A stretch of DNA of 64,000 bases from Octopus sinensis (lineage: Eukaryota): the NCBI RefSeq assembly GCF_006345805.1, contig NC_043012.1:55800001-55864000 (forward strand). Direction: 5' to 3'. The position numbers and the translations under genes are program-made. The stretch's first letter is position 1, and each line of letters begins with the position of its first letter. Below the pieces are notes generated by a model. That model had not been told where the DNA came from. It did no database searches and was given only the letters and a program-made list of their open reading frames with translations. Positions 61,941 through 64,000 of the stretch are shown one piece after another.

Positions 61941-62332
61941 TATATATATATATATATATATATATAACACTTTGTATAAATTCAGTACTTGGAATGACCA
62001 AGTTTAAATACTGCTGGATCTCACTCATAAGGTATTGGAATCTTACATATACACCATTCTGCATAAAAACTGGATCTACAACTTCAATATCCCTACATAT
62101 CTCACATCTATTTCCTTTCCTCCACCTCACTCTCTATTTTGTATCCTATCTAAATTAATTATTACTTAACCATCCTCTTACACCATATCCGATGAAGAGA
62201 TGTAATTAATAAATATCCTGGAAACAGCTGTAAGACCTTCTATCTATAAATGTTCTAATATCTACACAGCGTTGGTTTTTTTTTATCTCAGTACGCAAAA
62301 AATTCTTATATATCTCTCTATCTCTCTCTCTC

Positions 62333-62450
<118 letters not shown>

Positions 62451-62664
62451 TATATAAGAAATAGCTAGATTCTTTGGCTGGTATTCTAAAGTTCGGTATG
62501 TGGTTAAGCAAATTTTTTTTGTCAACCCTGATTATAATTATATTCATAATTATAAATATAAATATATATATATATCAGGGGCACTATCGTCCAGTGTGCT
62601 TCAGGTGTCAAGAACTGCTGACATCATGCATTAGTATGATGTTAGTCGAACAGTCTCTACCGTA

Positions 62665-62793
62665 GATGTAGTTGGTTTTCATTTGAGTGGATTGGAGTAT
62701 CATGAAATGCCCAAGGACGAGGGTTGCTGCCCGATCTGGAAATCGAACCCTCGACCTCGCGTTTGTAAGTCGAACAATCTAGCCATGAGGCCA
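62665..62793 (-). mobile_element. tRNA-headed SINE, D-like, degenerate
   Basis: Minus strand tggcctcatggctagattg...gagggttcgatttccag...ccttgggcatttcatgatactccaatccactca. Confidence 0.5.
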
Positions 62794-63838
62794 ACAATTC
62801 TTAATCTTGGGAAATTTTCTCCTTTGAGAATAAATTTCAGAATTCCAGAGGAAATTTCGGGGATTCCACTAAAGAAATTGCTTTGTCTGTTGGAAAATTC
62901 TTTATCATCGTTGGCACTGTTTTTGCAAGATTTATTTTCCTTAACGTTGATTGTCGAGGATGCCTAATGTTAAATTAATTAATATCAAACCGTTAATGTG
63001 ATGTAATAAATTATGTTTCGTACAAGGCTACTTATTTTCTCTTATCATACGTGGAGGAGAAATCGGGTTAGCGGACTGGCGAAGTAGGAGTAGGGTGAAT
63101 ACATAAAAGAATGTCAGGGAAAAGTCAGCCTTACCCGTAGATTCAAGTACACACACTCACACATTCTCCTCCCTCCCTCTCGCTCTCTCTCTCTCTCCCT
63201 CTCTCTCTCACACACACGCGCACTCGCACACGTACACAGACTTACACATACTCTCTCACCTTTCGACTAACACAGAATTTAACGCTGGAAATCCATGAAA
63301 CGTTCGCCACAAATATTCCATCATCATTCCGGCATCATTGTGTCTACTTATGAGGTTGTTGAACAGATTTATGACCAAAGACATTTCACCTTTGACCATC
63401 ACGCCTTTTATCTATGTGCTGAGAACACTCGATCGCTTTATCCAACGTATACTTTTTTCTAATACTGTAAAATGTGATTTAAGGAAAATTCAGCTATTAT
63501 TTCTAACATGCCTGGTGATTCCCGTAAACTTCGGTCAAGGACCTTTCTACACTTGACAAAAAACGTTCCATCACCCAAAATGCTGGAATCAATGACGTAC
63601 ACTCGCAGTTTGTTCTCTCTATCTCTCTTCTGCTGCTACTAAAACGAAGTCCACCCTTATGTGTGTGCATACCCATTGGATTTAATCATACCCATTCACT
63701 CCAGGTTCTTCTAGGCTCAACCGAGTCATGGCCTTTTCTCTTCGCATTGAGTCATACTCTCACTTTCTCCAATCCTCCTTCACCATAACTGTGTCCTGCT
63801 GGAATTCATTCCCCAATTCATTCTACACACATCTTTGT

Positions 63839-63947
63839 GGAAGCGTGCGGATTAGTGGTTAGGATGTTGGACTCATGATCATAAGATTGTGGTTTCGATT
63901 CCTGGACCGGACGGCGCGCTGTGTTCGTGAGCAAAACACTTCATTTC
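63839..63947 (+). mobile_element. SINE family D-type 5' part, interrupted
   Basis: ggaagcgtgcggattagtggttaggatg...tttcgattcctggaccgg...gagcaaaacacttcatttc. Confidence 0.8.
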
Positions 63948-64000
63948 ACAGTTCTATATTAAAGAGATGAGGAATTATGTACATTATTTACATTATTTAT
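63948..64000 (-). mobile_element. Family E 3' terminus (continues beyond the window)
   Basis: Reverse complement ataaataatgtaaataatgtacataattcctcatctctttaatatagaactgt matches 52055-52107. Confidence 0.85.

Noticed and set aside
62040-62260. Possible LINE RT remnant (DIEVVDPVF) on minus strand
   Set aside because: Single weak motif with many stops.

Overview
Eukaryotic, AT-rich, microsatellite-saturated DNA with no host protein-coding exon I can support. The repeat content is typical of an octopus genome (inference from SINE families and composition): several tRNA-headed SINE families, extreme (TA)n/(CA)n/(CATA)n/(AAT)n density, and one 100-N scaffold gap. Nearly all ORFs in the track are microsatellite artefacts. 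Real coding-derived sequence is limited to decayed transposon fragments: DD37D maT-like, mariner, Tigger/pogo, Tc1 and MULE transposases; CR1/L2-type, RTE-type and HERO/R2-like LINE pieces; and a Penelope-like element (PLE) GIY-YIG fragment. Non-autonomous elements include five working SINE families (my labels A-E), Helitron-type elements, a hAT MITE and a 3-copy 8-bp-TSD MITE. Best lead: family E is a tRNA-headed (Pol III A/B box) short element whose 3' part contains a minimal type I hammerhead ribozyme motif of the kind found in PLE pseudo-LTRs. It has no poly-A or simple-repeat end, occurs once as a head-to-head inverted pair, and one copy lies 56 bp after a PLE endonuclease fragment. This suggests a hammerhead-bearing SINE mobilised by a PLE rather than a LINE. 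A second, unrelated element with an intact minimal hammerhead core and several TA-flanked fold-back elements point to a wider PLE/ribozyme-linked non-autonomous population. Coordinates were read by eye and may be off by a few bases.
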